A DNA stretch of 64,000 bases from Eledone cirrhosa (Eukaryota): NCBI GenBank assembly GCA_964016885.1, contig OZ024740.1:335606001-335670000 (forward strand). Reading direction: 5' to 3'. Positions 1-15,157 of this stretch are shown one piece after another (position 1 is the first letter of the stretch; each line of letters starts with the position of its first letter). The notes beneath the pieces are model-generated. The model was not told the origin of the DNA and did no database searches. It saw only the letters and a list, made by a program, of their open reading frames with translations. The position numbers and the translations under genes are program-made.

Positions 1-151
1 ATCAAACACTAATGTGGTTGATTTTTTTTTTCTCAAATGGAATAGAAAGATAAGTGCATCAAATTTAAATTTCCAAGAACCAAAATATTCAAGTGATAAT
101 ATTTTGGAGAAACCTATTCCCATTTAAAATGGCTATCATTTTACAATCACA

Positions 152-195
<44 letters not shown>

Positions 196-754
196 CTGTC
201 ATTTTTTATGAACCGATATTTTGTTTTTCCTTCAGGACGAGTTTATCGATGCGTCTTTGTTATCCTTGTTGCTGCAAAGCAAGGAAAACAGATTCAAACA
301 GATATACGACTTACTGTAATTGTTAAATCGTATAGGTATTCATGCATGTGCACATTATTTCTTACGGGTGAACGATCAGTGTTGTTGATGCTCAATGTGA
401 ACATCTGTAGTTCGATATATGTTGAAGAACCGTGGATGTGACGGGAAGTCTAGAGGATATCAAATCTGTGAAGACATGATTAAGCATATATTAGAATATA
501 TGTTTGTAAAGCAAAAGTAACTGAAGAGATAATTCAGATCGCTACAGCATACTCTGAGAAAAATGGAATACCGTTTATGATTGACCTAATGGGGTACATT
601 GTCACACTTCTTTCAATCAGAAATATTAAGTCCAGAACAATATTGGGGAGATGTTTTATTTTATCTATAGTGTGAAGTTGAAAAGCAAAATAAGATTTGG
701 ACAAAGGAGTTATTTTATATACCGCATGAAATTGGGGAGCAAATGCCATAGCAT

Positions 755-943
755 TGGATTGGCAGTATCGGTAAAGGGTCGGACGCCATGCTTTGTAGCA
801 TGGATTTACGCCCCTTTACGGTCTGAGTTCAAATCCTGCCGTGGTTAGCTTTGCCTTTCATTCTTACGGGGTCGATGAGAAAAGGACCAGTAATGCACTG
901 GGATAATTGCTGGCTTCTTGTCAAAAGTAGAAACATTTATTAT
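755..943 (+). mobile_element. tRNA-derived SINE, abundant family in this window
   Basis: A-box-like ggattggcagtatcgg, B-box gagttcaaatcc, body ctttgcctttcat..ggggtcgat..accagt..ctggg. Homologous to copies at 13488 and 45616. Confidence 0.8.
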
Positions 944-2376
944 CGGATCTACTATTTTAAAAGTTGCTGTGATTGAAGAGTCGATTCTAAAAGGATTCTA
1001 ACAACTTGGAAGAGCACTTTCTACCATGATACCAAAATGTCATTAAGGTTAATTAGGGTTCTTGTCTGCTTCTAGATTGTGATGCTCAAATTTCGCTTAT
1101 ATTACGGCTGTTTGAAAAGTATAGATATCTATGTTAAAAATCTGATATTTGTTAGTAGTATAATGATATTACTTTCCTCAATGGGTTTAAAAATAGTCCA
1201 TTGCCTGTATTGTTGCAGTGCCGCTGCAGGTGAACCAGATGAGAAATTAGATTGCTTAATCTTTGGTTTCGTGAGAGAATTAAAGAATCATGGCTACAAG
1301 AATAGTGGGCACCAGCTGTGATGTCTTGGATTTATCAAATGTGAAGAACATATTCTACTTATATTAGTCAGTGTAAACTTTGAAAAGCTATGGCGTGTGC
1401 CATGGCCTAAAGTACCAGGGGTTCAGTGGGTATTATGCGGGTAGATGATGCATGATTGTTATCCTTGTTTAAGCTATGTATAGATAGATGTAGTGAGAAT
1501 AATGGGTGATCAAGAGTTAAATTAGTTGAGAAATTGTCCTCTGTTTTCGATAGTGATAAACAAGTATACTTATTTACAGACAGTTCATAATGACAATTGA
1601 TTCGACTTTAAATAATTGTGTTTCAGTCACTGAGATCGTAACAAGATATGAACTACTATGTGATGATTGGGGTAGTTCACCAGTCAGTTTGAAAATGAAA
1701 TGCATTTATAGCTATGACTTAAAAATATTTAGAGACGGAATAATTGGAAGATGTCCAGACAAGAAAGGTAAGTTGATACTATATAAAGGAAGAATTCTGA
1801 TTATACATTTTAGTCTGGACTGCAGAGATGGATTAGAGATAAAGGATGAGAAATGTGTGAACGAATTTGATCGGATGTGTACATATGTGGAAAAGTGTGT
1901 GTACGAATGATACTAGGGACAGGGATGGATAGAAGACCATGGATATAGTAATAGAAATGGAACAATTGTCCAGTTGTTCAATACATATATCTACGTTATT
2001 TGAAGCCGTCCATTTCTCTAGAATAAATCAAATAAGATTACACTGAAGTGTTTCAATAAAATTCAATTGAGTCAATAATTCTGAGAGATGATATCTGAGC
2101 TGAAGTTAATCTAAAGAAATTATTCTTGGAAATCGAATTCGTTCGTAGCAAAGACTTCAAAATAAACCATTATGGAGTGGAAAAGGTCATTTGATTCAGT
2201 ACGATATCATATTTTTAGATATGTACGATTTAAATATGTTCTAAAAAATTCGTTTAGTGTGTTATTGCAAAATGTAATACTTTCCGTATAGCACCGATGC
2301 ATGAAGGGTTGCTGCAGTTATTTAATTTACATCCGACAAATACCATTATCACGCTTCAATATACGTAAGAATATTA

Positions 2377-2985
<609 letters not shown>

Positions 2986-4436
2986 ACTGTTGATGTATCA
3001 GTTTAAGCACTTAATGTTATTACTTGGGCCCACAAATTTATCTTTTGCCTGCAAAATTTTTTTGTGGCTTTTGCAGAATGCAATCTTTTGTATTTGTATT
3101 TTATTATGTGATATAAGGTTGCTAGCTTTTTGCTTAGCCTTTCTTTTTATTCAGGCTCTCGAATAACCGTTCACAGTATTTGATTGATACTTTATTTTAT
3201 CGGCCTTTGAAGGCGAAATAACAAAGCCATTCTCCGGCGTTCTAACGATTCCTACAATTGAACGCCCTTCAAAGTACGATTTAGCATCTTGAAAAGGGGC
3301 GAAACATTTAGATGATATAGTCCAAATTCATTTCATGAAAAATGTTGTGAATGTTATTTAATAAAAAATGATCAGCTCATTCATGGCTGAACTTCAACTA
3401 ACTTATAGCATATACATATTTAAAGACACTTTGTATGTTAGAATTACACAAAACAGTACAAAACTAAAGAGTGCAAACTTTGCTCTCTATTCAGAGTTAC
3501 CTTTACAATGTTGTGAACATTTTTTTATATGTTCCAGCATATTGTGACTATTTTTTCTACCTTTAATGAAAATGATCTTCTCTGCTTTCATTTTTGTTCC
3601 ATTTTTATAATGTACATCGATATTATACATAGTCATATTTTTTAATATCAAAGAGAAGTACATCTCCAATAAAGATATTTATTTACTAGCTTATCTCCTA
3701 AATTTTTCACTGAATATTCATATGAAAATGTAGTCCATAGCAGCTATTTTATATGTATAGTGTGTATATAAATTCCCATTTTAAAATTGATTTTCAATCT
3801 AACATATTATATATATATGAGCATTTATTTACGCATAACGATCCGTTTTTTTCTGCTTGTATAAAAAATCATCGTTTCATCGTTTATACATCAAAAGTAA
3901 ATTTGTAAATATATATGAGGTTGTTCATAGGTAGAATATCTCTCTCTCTCAATCTATCTATCTCTATCTATATATATATAATAGGTTTATATGAAAACAT
4001 ATATAAATGTATAGAATACGCTCACATTACAGTAAACATATGGGTAGCCTGGTAGCAGAGGAAAAACAATAGTTTTTCGTAAGGAAACGAAACAAAAAAT
4101 ATATATTTCTCTCTACATTTCTCTCTAATTTTCTCGCTGAATATATCACCAGGTTGCCAGTATTTTCTGAGAATACAAATCATATGTGTGTGCGAATGTG
4201 TTCGTGCGTGTGTGTGTCTATAGATATAAATATTGTGTGTGTAAGGATGTGCACACATATGTATGCAGACAGTCCGACAAACAAGTAGACATAAATAATG
4301 TCAGAGTATATTGTAATAAAGAGCAATTCAGAGCAAATTATTTACCTTTCTTTATACCCAAACTTAAGCTATTTTCTATAGAATTTATTAATTTAATAAT
4401 CTACGTTATTCATAAATATCGGGCTCTGAATATATT

Positions 4437-4485
<49 letters not shown>

Positions 4486-4489
4486 CCCT

Positions 4490-5273
4490 ATCCCTACTGG
4501 ACTTCCAACTCAGGGTAACAGAGGAAGGCAACATGCACACCTGCTTCTATAAAAAATCCGCCAGCAGGGACCTGTTCGTACATTTCAGATCGGCCCTCCC
4601 ACTCGGTGCCAAGTTCGGATACATAAAGAACGAACTGGCACGTATCAAGAACAAATGCACCGACGCCAGAGACCGAGACACACACACCTCACATTTCCTG
4701 GAAGTACTCAAACTGAACGGATACACGACATCCACCACAAACCGTGCCAGAAAGAACAGAGGACACCACACCCGAGGCACTAACACGTGCTTCCTGAAGC
4801 TCCCACACTTCAGTGAAGAAACAACAACAGCCATCCGCAGAGCCATCAGACGAGAGGGTCTGGATATTCAACTGGCCCACTCGGGTCCTTCTTTGCGCGG
4901 ACGGCTGGCTAAGAGACACTCCACCAGACATGACAACTGCTGCAGACTAGCCAACTGCCCCATCAACGATACAGACCTATGGCACCAGGCTTACGTAGTA
5001 TACAGAGTAGAGTGTGACAAATGCAACAACTTCTACGTAGGTAGCACCACCAGACCACTCCACATAAGAATAAAAGAACACCTCAATACTAACGCTTCCT
5101 CATTTAAGAAACACCTAGTTAAATGCAAAAACACCGATAAAAACATAACAGTTAGGATAGAAACTAAGGAAAGAAACCTCGGCAATCTTAGAATTAAGGA
5201 AGCACTTATTATAGATAGAACACATCCACCAATCAATAATAGACTAGAGCTCAACACCCAATTTATAACCTGA
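4490..5273 (+). CDS. PLE RT C-terminus plus GIY-YIG endonuclease (partial)
   Basis: FLDFQL-like strand, FYKKSASRDLFVHFRSALP, Cys linker CRLANCPI, VVYRVECDKCNNFYVGSTTRPLHIRIKEH, KEALII..HPPIN. Confidence 0.85.
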
Positions 5274-5658
5274 TAGGGCCTCTAGCCCCATTTTTACACT
5301 CCCCACACACACGCACGCGCACACCTCCACTTATTCTCTCTCACACATACACACACAAAACCAGTTCTAACACCAGATAACACCTACCCCCCACTTTTAC
5401 GATTAGACCTATCTTCCCACACTCACACACACACACCAACATACCTACACCTTCATGCATTCTCCCACACACATATACAGGCACGCATATAAAATTTAAA
5501 AAAGAAGGAAAAAAACAAAAACAAAACATAAACAAACCCCTCTTAAAGGGAGACTACTCTTTAATTCTTTGATATTAAAGTTAGAACAGATACTCTATAC
5601 TATTTCCAGTCAGCATGGCTTGATTAGAGATTTAAAGACGCTGGTTTGAGACCTTTAC

Positions 5659-5698
5659 TTCCCTCCGAAGAAGAGATATTATCTCGAAAATTAAGGAC
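5659..5698 (+). ncRNA. degenerate type-I hammerhead ribozyme in PLE pLTR
   Basis: CCGAAGA-A-GAGAT(att)ATCTC-GAAA-ATTA-AGG. Core U4 changed to C and stem I weak. AATAAA follows at ~5704. Confidence 0.5.
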
Positions 5699-5855
5699 AT
5701 TTAAATAAATTCAAGGTGAAAGACGAATTCACATCAATATCTTTCACTATTGCATTCTTTTTTCTATGTCTATACCTGCATTGTCTTGGCCTTATTACAC
5801 ATATTCTAACGTTTATACCTCATTACACAATGCTTCAAGTGAACTATAACCTCCT

Positions 5856-5922
<67 letters not shown>

Positions 5923-5926
5923 ACTA

Positions 5927-5957
<31 letters not shown>

Positions 5958-5970
5958 TATATATATATAC

Positions 5971-6033
<63 letters not shown>

Positions 6034-6137
6034 ATAGTTTTAATATAGAAGAGATTCTACAGGACCCATATATATATATATGTGTGTGTGTGTATGTGTG
6101 TGTATACGTACATGTATATATAATATGTAATCGCACG

Positions 6138-6575
6138 GTCTTCTTCGTCTTCTTCTTCTTCTTCTCCTCCTCCCCTTCTTCTTCTTTTTCTTCTTCACCT
6201 TCGACCACTTATTCCTGTGTGGGTCGTGAGAGCAGAGTCCTCAAACACTCCTTCCAGCGAGTCCTATGAGAACCAGCCGTCTCCAATTTGTCCAGCTGCA
6301 TCCCCAAGCGAGTTCAAACAAACTCTTGCTCGTGGTCTACCCCGTGGTCTCCTGCCGGTTGATTTTGCCCATAAAATCTGTCCAGTGATTCTTTCCTGAG
6401 ACATTCTAACCACATGCCCATAGTATTGTAGCTGTGATCTCTCAATTCGGAAACGTAACGGCCCTATCTGGAATGACTCTCTGATCTCCGAGATATGCAT
6501 TCTATTGAATAACTTTACTCAAACGACCTTTCGGAGGAACCTCATTTCCTCCTCTTGTATTCGCGAGGACATTAT
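6138..6575 (-). mobile_element. RTE-clade LINE 3' end with (GAA)n tail
   Basis: IERSQLQYYGHVVRM..TGRRPRGRPR C-terminal motif, terminal stem-loop cgaccac..gtgggtcg, (TCT)n on the + strand. Confidence 0.8.
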
Positions 6576-7009
6576 TTCTCACTTAAATGTAAACTCTGCG
6601 CCCTAAGAAGGTCTATACAACGCAGATATAGAAGCGGCAAACCATACAGTTGTATCATACATCCTTGTAACCAAGAATATCTATAACTGATACACAAAGC
6701 ACATATATAAACAAGTGAAATTCCACATACCATTCGATATGAAATTGGTTCTTGAAATGTAGCGGTTGAAAGAATATAATGATATAATATAAGGTTGCTG
6801 TTCTTTTGTTAAAAGTTAAAACCAGTTGGAGTCAAAATTTTCGGTCTTTCACTCGCACATAGTTTAAATTAGCTAAATATGCTATTGTAGCCAATTTTTC
6901 TTTACCTTTACAACAATACTCTATTATACCGTTGGGTTTTGCTTTTATCCGCCGTATTTTAGAATTTGTTTATGCCTTTTTTCTTCATCTTTACACACGT
7001 ATTCCTTGG

Positions 7010-7775
7010 TATCGTGGAGGCAGAGTTTTCAGAAACACCTTCCCCTTCTACAAGGTCCTAATAGAAAAAAAACTGTTTCCAATCTATTTGATGGGATCCC
7101 CAACTAGACCAACCGAGCTTATGGATATTATCTAACCAGCTTATTATTTTAGTGTCTCACCGGTTGACGTTGTCCGTATAATCTGCTCTGAAATTCTTTC
7201 CTTAAACATTCTAACCCTCTGTTCAAGATACTGAGGTTGCCATTTTCAATTCGGAAAAGTAGTGGTTCTATCTGGAGTGAATTCTTAATCACCGATCTAT
7301 GCACTCCATCGAGTAACGTCAAAGACCCTTAGAAAGAGCACAAATTCGGCCGCTTATATTCGTGATCCTATTTGTTTCTGTTACCCAAGAATCATGACCA
7401 TAGGTAAGAGTAGGCACGAACACTGAATTGAAAACCGCGAGGAGTTTGTCTTTTACATCTACCACGGTTTTTCTCATGACCTAGTACAGAGTTTGGTACA
7501 CTACCGGATCAGCTCTAACAATTATTGGATTTAATTCAGCCTTCTACATTCCAACACTCCTGAAACGACCCAGAGATAATTGAACTTGTCCACCTGCTTC
7601 AAGGGATCTTAACTCATATGCAGAGTGCACTACGCAAGCCTTTTTGCAAGAACGAATGTCTCGGCCTTTGCAGCACTGAATTTCATTTCTGCCATTCGTT
7701 ACTCGGCAGCAAATATATACAGTGCATGTCGGAGTTCACCTTCCGACGAGTTAAGTAGTAACATGTCGTCTGTAA
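7010..7775 (-). mobile_element. decayed RTE LINE RT fragment
   Basis: Homologous to 6300-6560 (caattcggaaa..ctatctgga). On the minus strand, xDDMLLL near 7755-7772 and a VPTLTYGHDSW motif near 7385-7418. Confidence 0.65.
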
Positions 7776-7803
7776 CTTCTTGAGGACAAATTTATCTTCG
7801 GAA

Positions 7804-8460
7804 TGTTTACCTACATCAATCAGTCTAGATTTATTAGAGTATTTTGGACACTAATACGTTCCCCTGCTATTACAGTCAAGCATAGTTACATATTCAATTG
7901 TTGTTGCAGAAAGACGATAATTTTAGTCAAACCTGATTTATATTATCAAACGAAGAACAGTTTCCTCCCTTTAGTTCAGTATGAAATTATCGATCCTTCG
8001 TTTTCATTGAAATTGTCCGTGTTAACCAACGGAATACTGAGGTCTTGATGCCATCTTGAATAAAGTATGTTTTTCCTTACAAACCAAATATTGGTGACAC
8101 TTCAAATCGCTTGAGGCATCAACCTAATAAATATAATGATACCTTACACTATGTATTAAGCACTGTTTATCTTGTTTGTCATAAACAACGTATCTTTATT
8201 TTGTATATATGTGTGTGACCGTATGTATGTGCGCATTTATACATGTTTGTGTGGGCGTATGTATGTGCCTGTATGTATGTGTTATACATGCATGATTATG
8301 CGTGTTATCGGTATGCAATAGCAACGTATTTGACAGTTTTATCTTCAGACTTGTTTACCTTCATCAATCAATCTTGGTTTATTTGAGTATTTTGGACACT
8401 AATATGTTCCCTGCTGTTCCATTGTCCATAGTTACATATTCGATTGCTGTTGCAGAAAGA
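7804..8460 (-). repeat. diverged ~110-bp direct duplication (7804-7914 and 8352-8460), exon-like
   Basis: Both copies share gagtattttggacactaat and catagttacatattc. Minus-strand ends resemble splice sites. Confidence 0.7.
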
Positions 8461-10217
8461 TAAACTAATTTTAACCATCATATTTAATCCCTCTAGACTG
8501 TCTAGTCAGATGAGTAGAAATATTTTAATTCTCTGAAAGGAGATGATGTAATGAAATTGCTTTAACTTTGTTATATATGTTAGCATTTTACTTTATAGGT
8601 TTGCAATAATTATTTTTCCTTTTAAAAACTCTAAGCCATAATTACTGCTCTGACAAATTTACTCTAAGCTAGTGAATATTTACAAACCTTAGCACACAAT
8701 TTTATCGGAAAATTGACAGGAAAAGGAGCTTTCCAGTTTCACTTTAAATCAAAGTATGTTGCTAATAAAAACTGAAACAAAGCTTCAAATTTACTTAGCT
8801 ATACGAAGGAGAAAGTAACTAATGTTTAAAAAACGCATTTACTTTCCCAATCGATAAAGTTATAACAGAATAGTGATTCAAATGAAAGGCATCTATTGAT
8901 GGTTGTCATGGATGCATAGAATATATACTTAGTTTTTAGTAATAAATCTAAGGTATTCATCTTAGATGTGAGAAAATCGACAGATACTTTGACCATCAAT
9001 TTAACTATATATTTCATTGATACTCACAGCAGCATTCAGTGTGTAGGTTCAATGCATACGATCAGGCATCCTTGATTTTCTGTGCAATATTCATTACCCT
9101 TTATTGCCACGATTCACTTAACTCTTATGAATACAAGTGTCGGACCACCGGACGATTTTAAATATACTTGAAGTTTAATCAGAGGGAATATACCTTTAAT
9201 CTGCTTCACAACGGGAGTTAAGCCCAGGTTTTGTGTGTTTCATAGGGCTATACATACTCATCAAAGGTGTGAGAGGTACGGGACAGCGTTGTAATCAGTT
9301 AGATTCGGGATTAGTCTTACTGCCCCACACCTTCGGTTTGTTCCAGCTGTAATATTCTCTTTTAAACAAAACATTGTGGGAGATACCTGGCAAATATGAA
9401 CTGGAAACCCACCAGAGTGAGTATCTTTGCCGTCAGGTAATTTTAATCTTTCGTTCAGTGTAACATGACTATACAGACCTCGTTTTCTTTAAAGGAAATC
9501 TTTATATTACAAGCGTACGGTCTACTGGAATGGAATGGAATACTATTAAAACATGTTCTGAGAAGAGTCATGTTTTAAAAGCCTCTCGGGTAATACCTTG
9601 TATACAAATTGTATTTCTGGTGGGTAGAGATGTTCAGATAAAGGCATATGTATATAGGTTATGATAGATGATAGGCCTTCCTAGACTGACGTGCGAGTTG
9701 ATATTCCATTTGAGAAGTTTAATAATTTATATACACAAGTCCTTTTGTCAATATAGCTGAAAACTGCGTACTCTGATAGATCAAACATATCGCCGAAAAC
9801 TTTATATTTTTCCCTAAACTTTGTAACACCGTTGAACAATATTACAGCTATGATACAAATTGAAAAATCGAGTATGTAAAACAATATTTGCGTACTGCAA
9901 AATAGGAACAGAATATATTTGATGGCGGAAGTGAAAGAAGATAGTTCTGTATTGGATATGACAGCAAAGCGATTACAAACAGACAGTCTTTCTTTTCCAT
10001 CTACACAATGAAATGATATTGCAATTGTTCGATGAAGAATAATATTTACCCTTGGGGACTATTATCTTTTCTTTTCTGAATTCCTTGAAATATATTACAA
10101 CTAAGAAGTCAGCTATATAGCTTAGCTTTTACTGCAGGGTTTGTCTTTCTCTGAAGTATTTTTTCAATAGTTTTCTCACCGAAAATATTGTATTTTCTAA
10201 TGTTTTGTATAAAAATG

Positions 10218-10275
<58 letters not shown>

Positions 10276-10330
10276 TACTACAACTACTACTACTACTACT
10301 AAAGCGGCTGCTACTATACTACTACTACTA
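10218..10330. repeat. (TAC)n microsatellite
   Basis: Direct reading. Confidence 0.95.
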
Positions 10331-10597
10331 TCACTGGTATTGTTTTTGTTGCTGTTGTTTCTGTTGATGTTATTGTGTTTGTTAGTATTGTTATCATCAG
10401 TCAGCCATCTCTGTCATTGCATGAACGGCTTTGCTTCCCCATGCATTATGATTCAGGTTCGCATTGTATATTATGATGTATGTGTATGTATACATGATGC
10501 CAAATGTTAAAAACGTGCGCAAGTATATGTTTATATATATACAAATATCTATATATATATATGTGTGTATGTGTGTGTCTGTCTGTGTGTGTATACA

Positions 10598-10658
<61 letters not shown>

Positions 10659-10708
10659 GTGTGTGCGTATGTTTATGAATATATGTATATAAATATGGAT
10701 ATATATAT

Positions 10709-10768
<60 letters not shown>

Positions 10769-12857
10769 ATGTGTGTGTGTGAGATATTTTTTTTTTTTTC
10801 GTGTGTCTTTGTTTAAATGCATGTGTATGTACGATCTGCTTTTTATCTGTGCAAGAATTTTAGTTGTGATTATTCATGCATCTAACAAGTGCTTTACTCT
10901 ATACTTTACGAAGTCTTACAACCCTCTTGTTTTATCTAACTTTAAAGATTGGCGTTCACTGCATTCAGCTGATATTTCTATTATACATACATACCCATAC
11001 GTACAAACATACGAGCGCACACACACACAGCAACGCACACACACACACACACACACATACACAGACATACATATACCACACATATATTAATAGACACATA
11101 CCACAGATACATTTCATAGTGCTTATACAAAATAATGCGATCATCACTATTTCTATATTAGAAATATTTAACTTAAAACATAATTAAATAAAACATATTT
11201 CTCATTTATATATTAGCAATATATATGTTATGTGTAATATTACTGTTTAACTAACTATTCATTACAGGTGTACCATTGCCTGATATTACCCACTGTTTCA
11301 AATATACTCCCGGGAGTTCCCGTCATATGCCGGGTCACACTATGGTTAGTGTATCGTAACCAAGGTAGATAGCTTTAAGTTATACTACATGACACAACTC
11401 CTTATATATACATTCACACGTACTTCCATACACACACACACATGCACACACACACGCATACGCACACACATACACGCACATATATATATTTGTGTGTATG
11501 TGTGTGTGTGTATATATATATGTGCGTATGTGTGTGTATGTATAATGTTTAACAAAACGGTATAACTCACTAATGTAAGACGTGTCGTTAAATATCCAAA
11601 TATGGTTAACTTAGAATACGTAGAAACAATATATATTCAATTACAGTGAAAAGCAATTCCCAATAATATATTATTGGCCAATACACCTAAGTATAGATAA
11701 GCTCACCACTTCCGGCTACGTAGCATTAAATGTTTACCGACTGGTTCTCTCGATCGCTGGATATCTTTTAACAGAGTTCACTCCATTAGCTGGGTTCAAT
11801 TCAGGCCTCCATCGCAATTTCCCTCAGTCTCAATTTCGACTGAAGACATTGAACTACAAGTATTCGGCTGAGCGTGTTTTGCATCAATCTCCCTAGTCGG
11901 CAGTAACTGGGAGTTTAACGTAATAATAGTGCAGTGCAATATATTAGTGAAATGTATTTGATATTTAAGTTAAAGTTAGTTGTATAATGGATATGACAGC
12001 AAAGAGATTACAAGCATTTGGTCTTAATTTTCGATCTACAGAATGGGACACTGCCCCTCACACAAGTAACTTCTAACTATTTTTGACCGTTCACGACTTA
12101 TATGTCAATGGGCGTGTCTACTTAATACGTTTACTTACACTGACGAGTTCAATACTCGTTGGAAATAAAGTTATATACAATGGACCAACGTCTAAGGCTA
12201 CACGTTTATCTATCCTTAGCACGTATATTATCATTAAAAACAACTCTTTGTCATCGTTTAACTATTAATCTTATAACTATTAATCTTATAAAGAGTTTAA
12301 TACTGAAATCTATAAAGCTATGTCTTACCTTCATCTTAGTAATATTATGCTTATCATTTGTTATGTTGTAGCAAATATTTTGCCTATATACTACTTACTT
12401 TTTCGTTTCTACGTCATATAACATACGGAATAAAGTTTTCCACTGAATATACGGAGAAAAGCAAGATAATAGATATAGGAGATTCGTTGTGTCTAGCTAG
12501 TGAATGTATAAGTTAATTTTACCATATCTAATGAAAAGAAATCTACAATTTAAATTATGTTTTGATGTTATTTTCACCACGCCAGCGAAATAATGCAATA
12601 AACACTCACTAAACCCATCATTTCTTATATAGATGTGTATAAGATAAAATTAGCTATTCATTGGGTAAGATCGAGAATCAGGAACATATTGCTAAGTTTA
12701 ACATTCATCTAAAACGTAACCTCAAATTGACTTCTAACATTAGAACAAAGCTTCAGATTTAGGGAATTGATACAGGGGATTAGATTTACCTCAGTATTCA
12801 ACTGGTACAAAATTGACAGCAGCAGTATATTAAAGCAGAATTTTAAAATGTGCAAAT

Positions 12858-13019
12858 AAGTAATGGTTTCTGATTTAGGCACAAGGCCGATTAAATCGAT
12901 TATTTAACCCGTAAGGATGAAAGGCAAAGTTAATCTCGGCGGAATATGAACTAAGAACGTAACTTTCTGCCACCTAGCAGGCTGTCCGACGCTCTACCAA
13001 TACTGCCAATCCACCGACC
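12858..13019 (-). mobile_element. tRNA-derived SINE
   Basis: Reverse complement of the family at 755: taaggatgaaaggcaaag, tactgccaatcc. Confidence 0.75.
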
Positions 13020-13032
13020 TAACGAGCAAATA

Positions 13033-13254
13033 AATAATGGTTTCTAGATTAGGCACAAGGCCAGTAATTTTTTTTTTTGGGGGGGGGGAGAGGAAAGCCG
13101 ATTAAATCGACTCCAGTGCATTAATGGTACTTTATTTTATCGACCCCGTAGGATGAGAGGCAAAGCTAACCTTGCCAGGATTTGAACTCGAATCGTAAAG
13201 GGACGTAATCCTATGCCATACTGTCTGTTGTCCGATACTGCCAACACCCCGCCC
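13033..13254 (-). mobile_element. tRNA-derived SINE
   Basis: ggtactttattttatcgacccc, ggatttgaactc (B-box reverse complement), gatactgccaa. Confidence 0.8.
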
Positions 13255-13487
13255 TCAACAGGCAAATAAATAATGCCACCACTGAATCTACAAATTCACC
13301 TCTCTTAAGATTCTGAATGTTCTAGATCCTGATGTTTTGAGTTTAGATTCCTTGGAACACAAGGTCAATAAAATAAAGTACCAGTAAATTACTCAGGGCG
13401 GTATAATCAACTTATTTCTTCCATCAAATGTCTAGTCTTGTGCCTAAATTAAAAATCATCGTCATTATCATTAATATTAACCTCCTC

Positions 13488-13676
13488 CGCGGTGGATTGG
13501 CAGTATCGGTTGAGGGTCAGACACCATCCTTTGCAGCATAGAGCTATGGCCCTTTATGATCCTTTCATCCTTACGGGGTTGATAAAATAAAGTACCAGTC
13601 ACGCACTGGGTCGATTTAGTCGACTTTCCCCTCCCAAAAATTGCTGGCCTTGTGCCTATATAAGAAACCATTATTA
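13488..13676 (+). mobile_element. tRNA-derived SINE (internally deleted)
   Basis: ggattggcagtatcgg .. ctttcatccttacgggg .. aaagtaccagt .. ttgctggccttgtgcc. Confidence 0.8.
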
Positions 13677-14204
13677 CCCTCCTCCTCGTCCCGTCCCCCC
13701 TCCTCCTCCTCCTCTTCCTCTGCCTCCTCTTCCTCGTCATCATCATCATCATCATTAGCATTTAATAGATTGTCGTTGTTGTTGTTATTGTTAGTTTTAT
13801 TGTTGATGTGATCGTAGTGGCCTGAGAGAAATGTATGAACATGTGAATACATACAGACACCATAAAAGCAGCAGGAGTATAATTATCTTAGAAGATAAGA
13901 ACAATGACAACAACAAAAGTAACAGCCACACTATATACAATTATAACACCAAGAAAGCAAGAGTTAGGAAAGTTCGAAGATTGGAAAGGTGCTACCTCGG
14001 TTTCTCTGATTAGTTTCAGCTATTCAACCAAAGGAACATTCTGCTATTGATAGTAACGTGCAAGGGCTATATAATCGACCGGAACATGTGTTCGTAATTT
14101 CATTCTCAGGTAGATTCAGCGTGATATTTTGTGATAAAGCTGGCCTTTCAAATTATAGGTACATCACATCCGATAGGCTTCCAAACAGTTTTAGTTTATT
14201 CTTA

Positions 14205-14350
14205 TTTCAATAATTGTTTCTACGTTAGGCACAAGGCCAGCAAATACCCAGTGCATTACTGGTACTTTATTTTATCGACCGCGTAAGGATGAAAGGCAAA
14301 GTCAACTTCGGCGGGATTTGAACTCAGATCGTAAAGGGACGTAACTATGC
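14205..14350 (-). mobile_element. tRNA-derived SINE (partial)
   Basis: Near-exact reverse complement of 45680-45797. Confidence 0.8.
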
Positions 14351-14867
14351 TGGAAAGCATGAATGAAGGTAAATGACGCTTGCCCCCGATGCCATACAAT
14401 GAGATTGAATTCGACCTTATGTCAATTATTCAAATATGCTCTGTCCCCACATCAAAGATAACAGGAAAAAAGGCAGCAAAAATAAAAACATATTACAGCA
14501 AAAGCAACATCAACAATAACAGCAACTACAACAATGACCACAACAATAACCGCAATGATAACAGAAACAAGACAACAATACAAACTACAACAGCAACTGT
14601 GACATAAAATTTTAGAAATAATATCAACAATAACAATAATATTAATGTGAAGACAAAGTTAATAAGGGTTACAGGGATATTGAGGAGAAAAAGGTAAAAC
14701 AATAACACTAAAAGAAGCGACAAAGAACATACAAACAACCGCAAGATAACGCAAAGTTTTCTGCAGTTGTTTTTCCTGATATTTAACAAAAGACTGACAT
14801 TTGTAAAGTATCTTTGAAAGGAAGACTTAGGAAATATTGATGCGTAGGAGTTTAGGATGTTGATGTG

Positions 14868-14990
14868 TCGTGGTGGTGGTGGTGGTGGTGGTGGTGGTGT
14901 TGGTGACGGTGGCGGCGGTGGTGGTGGCGGTGGGTATGGCGGTGGTGTTGGTGGTGGTGGTGATGGTGGTGTTGATGGTAGTGGTGGAGG
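14868..14990. repeat. (GGT)n low-complexity repeat
   Basis: Direct reading. Confidence 0.9.
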
Positions 14991-15099
14991 GAGAAGGATG
15001 TAAATAGTACTTTTCGTGGTTGCAGTGGCGATGGTACGTATAGGTAGTGTGATAGTGTGAAGTAATATATGTGCACTTCTGTGTATTCATATGGTTTGG

Positions 15100-15157
<58 letters not shown>

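Larger units (their letters stand above)
4486..5859 (+). mobile_element. 5'-truncated Penelope-like element inserted in (TA)n
   Basis: RT thumb plus GIY-YIG ORF, 3' UTR and a pLTR with an HHR-like motif. (TA)n flanks both ends. Confidence 0.85.

Noticed and set aside
236-336. Plus-strand exon after a polypyrimidine-cag acceptor
   Set aside because: No recognisable domain or linked exons, so it cannot be supported from sequence alone.
755-845. tRNA gene
   Set aside because: A/B boxes run into a repeated SINE body and no cloverleaf is evident.
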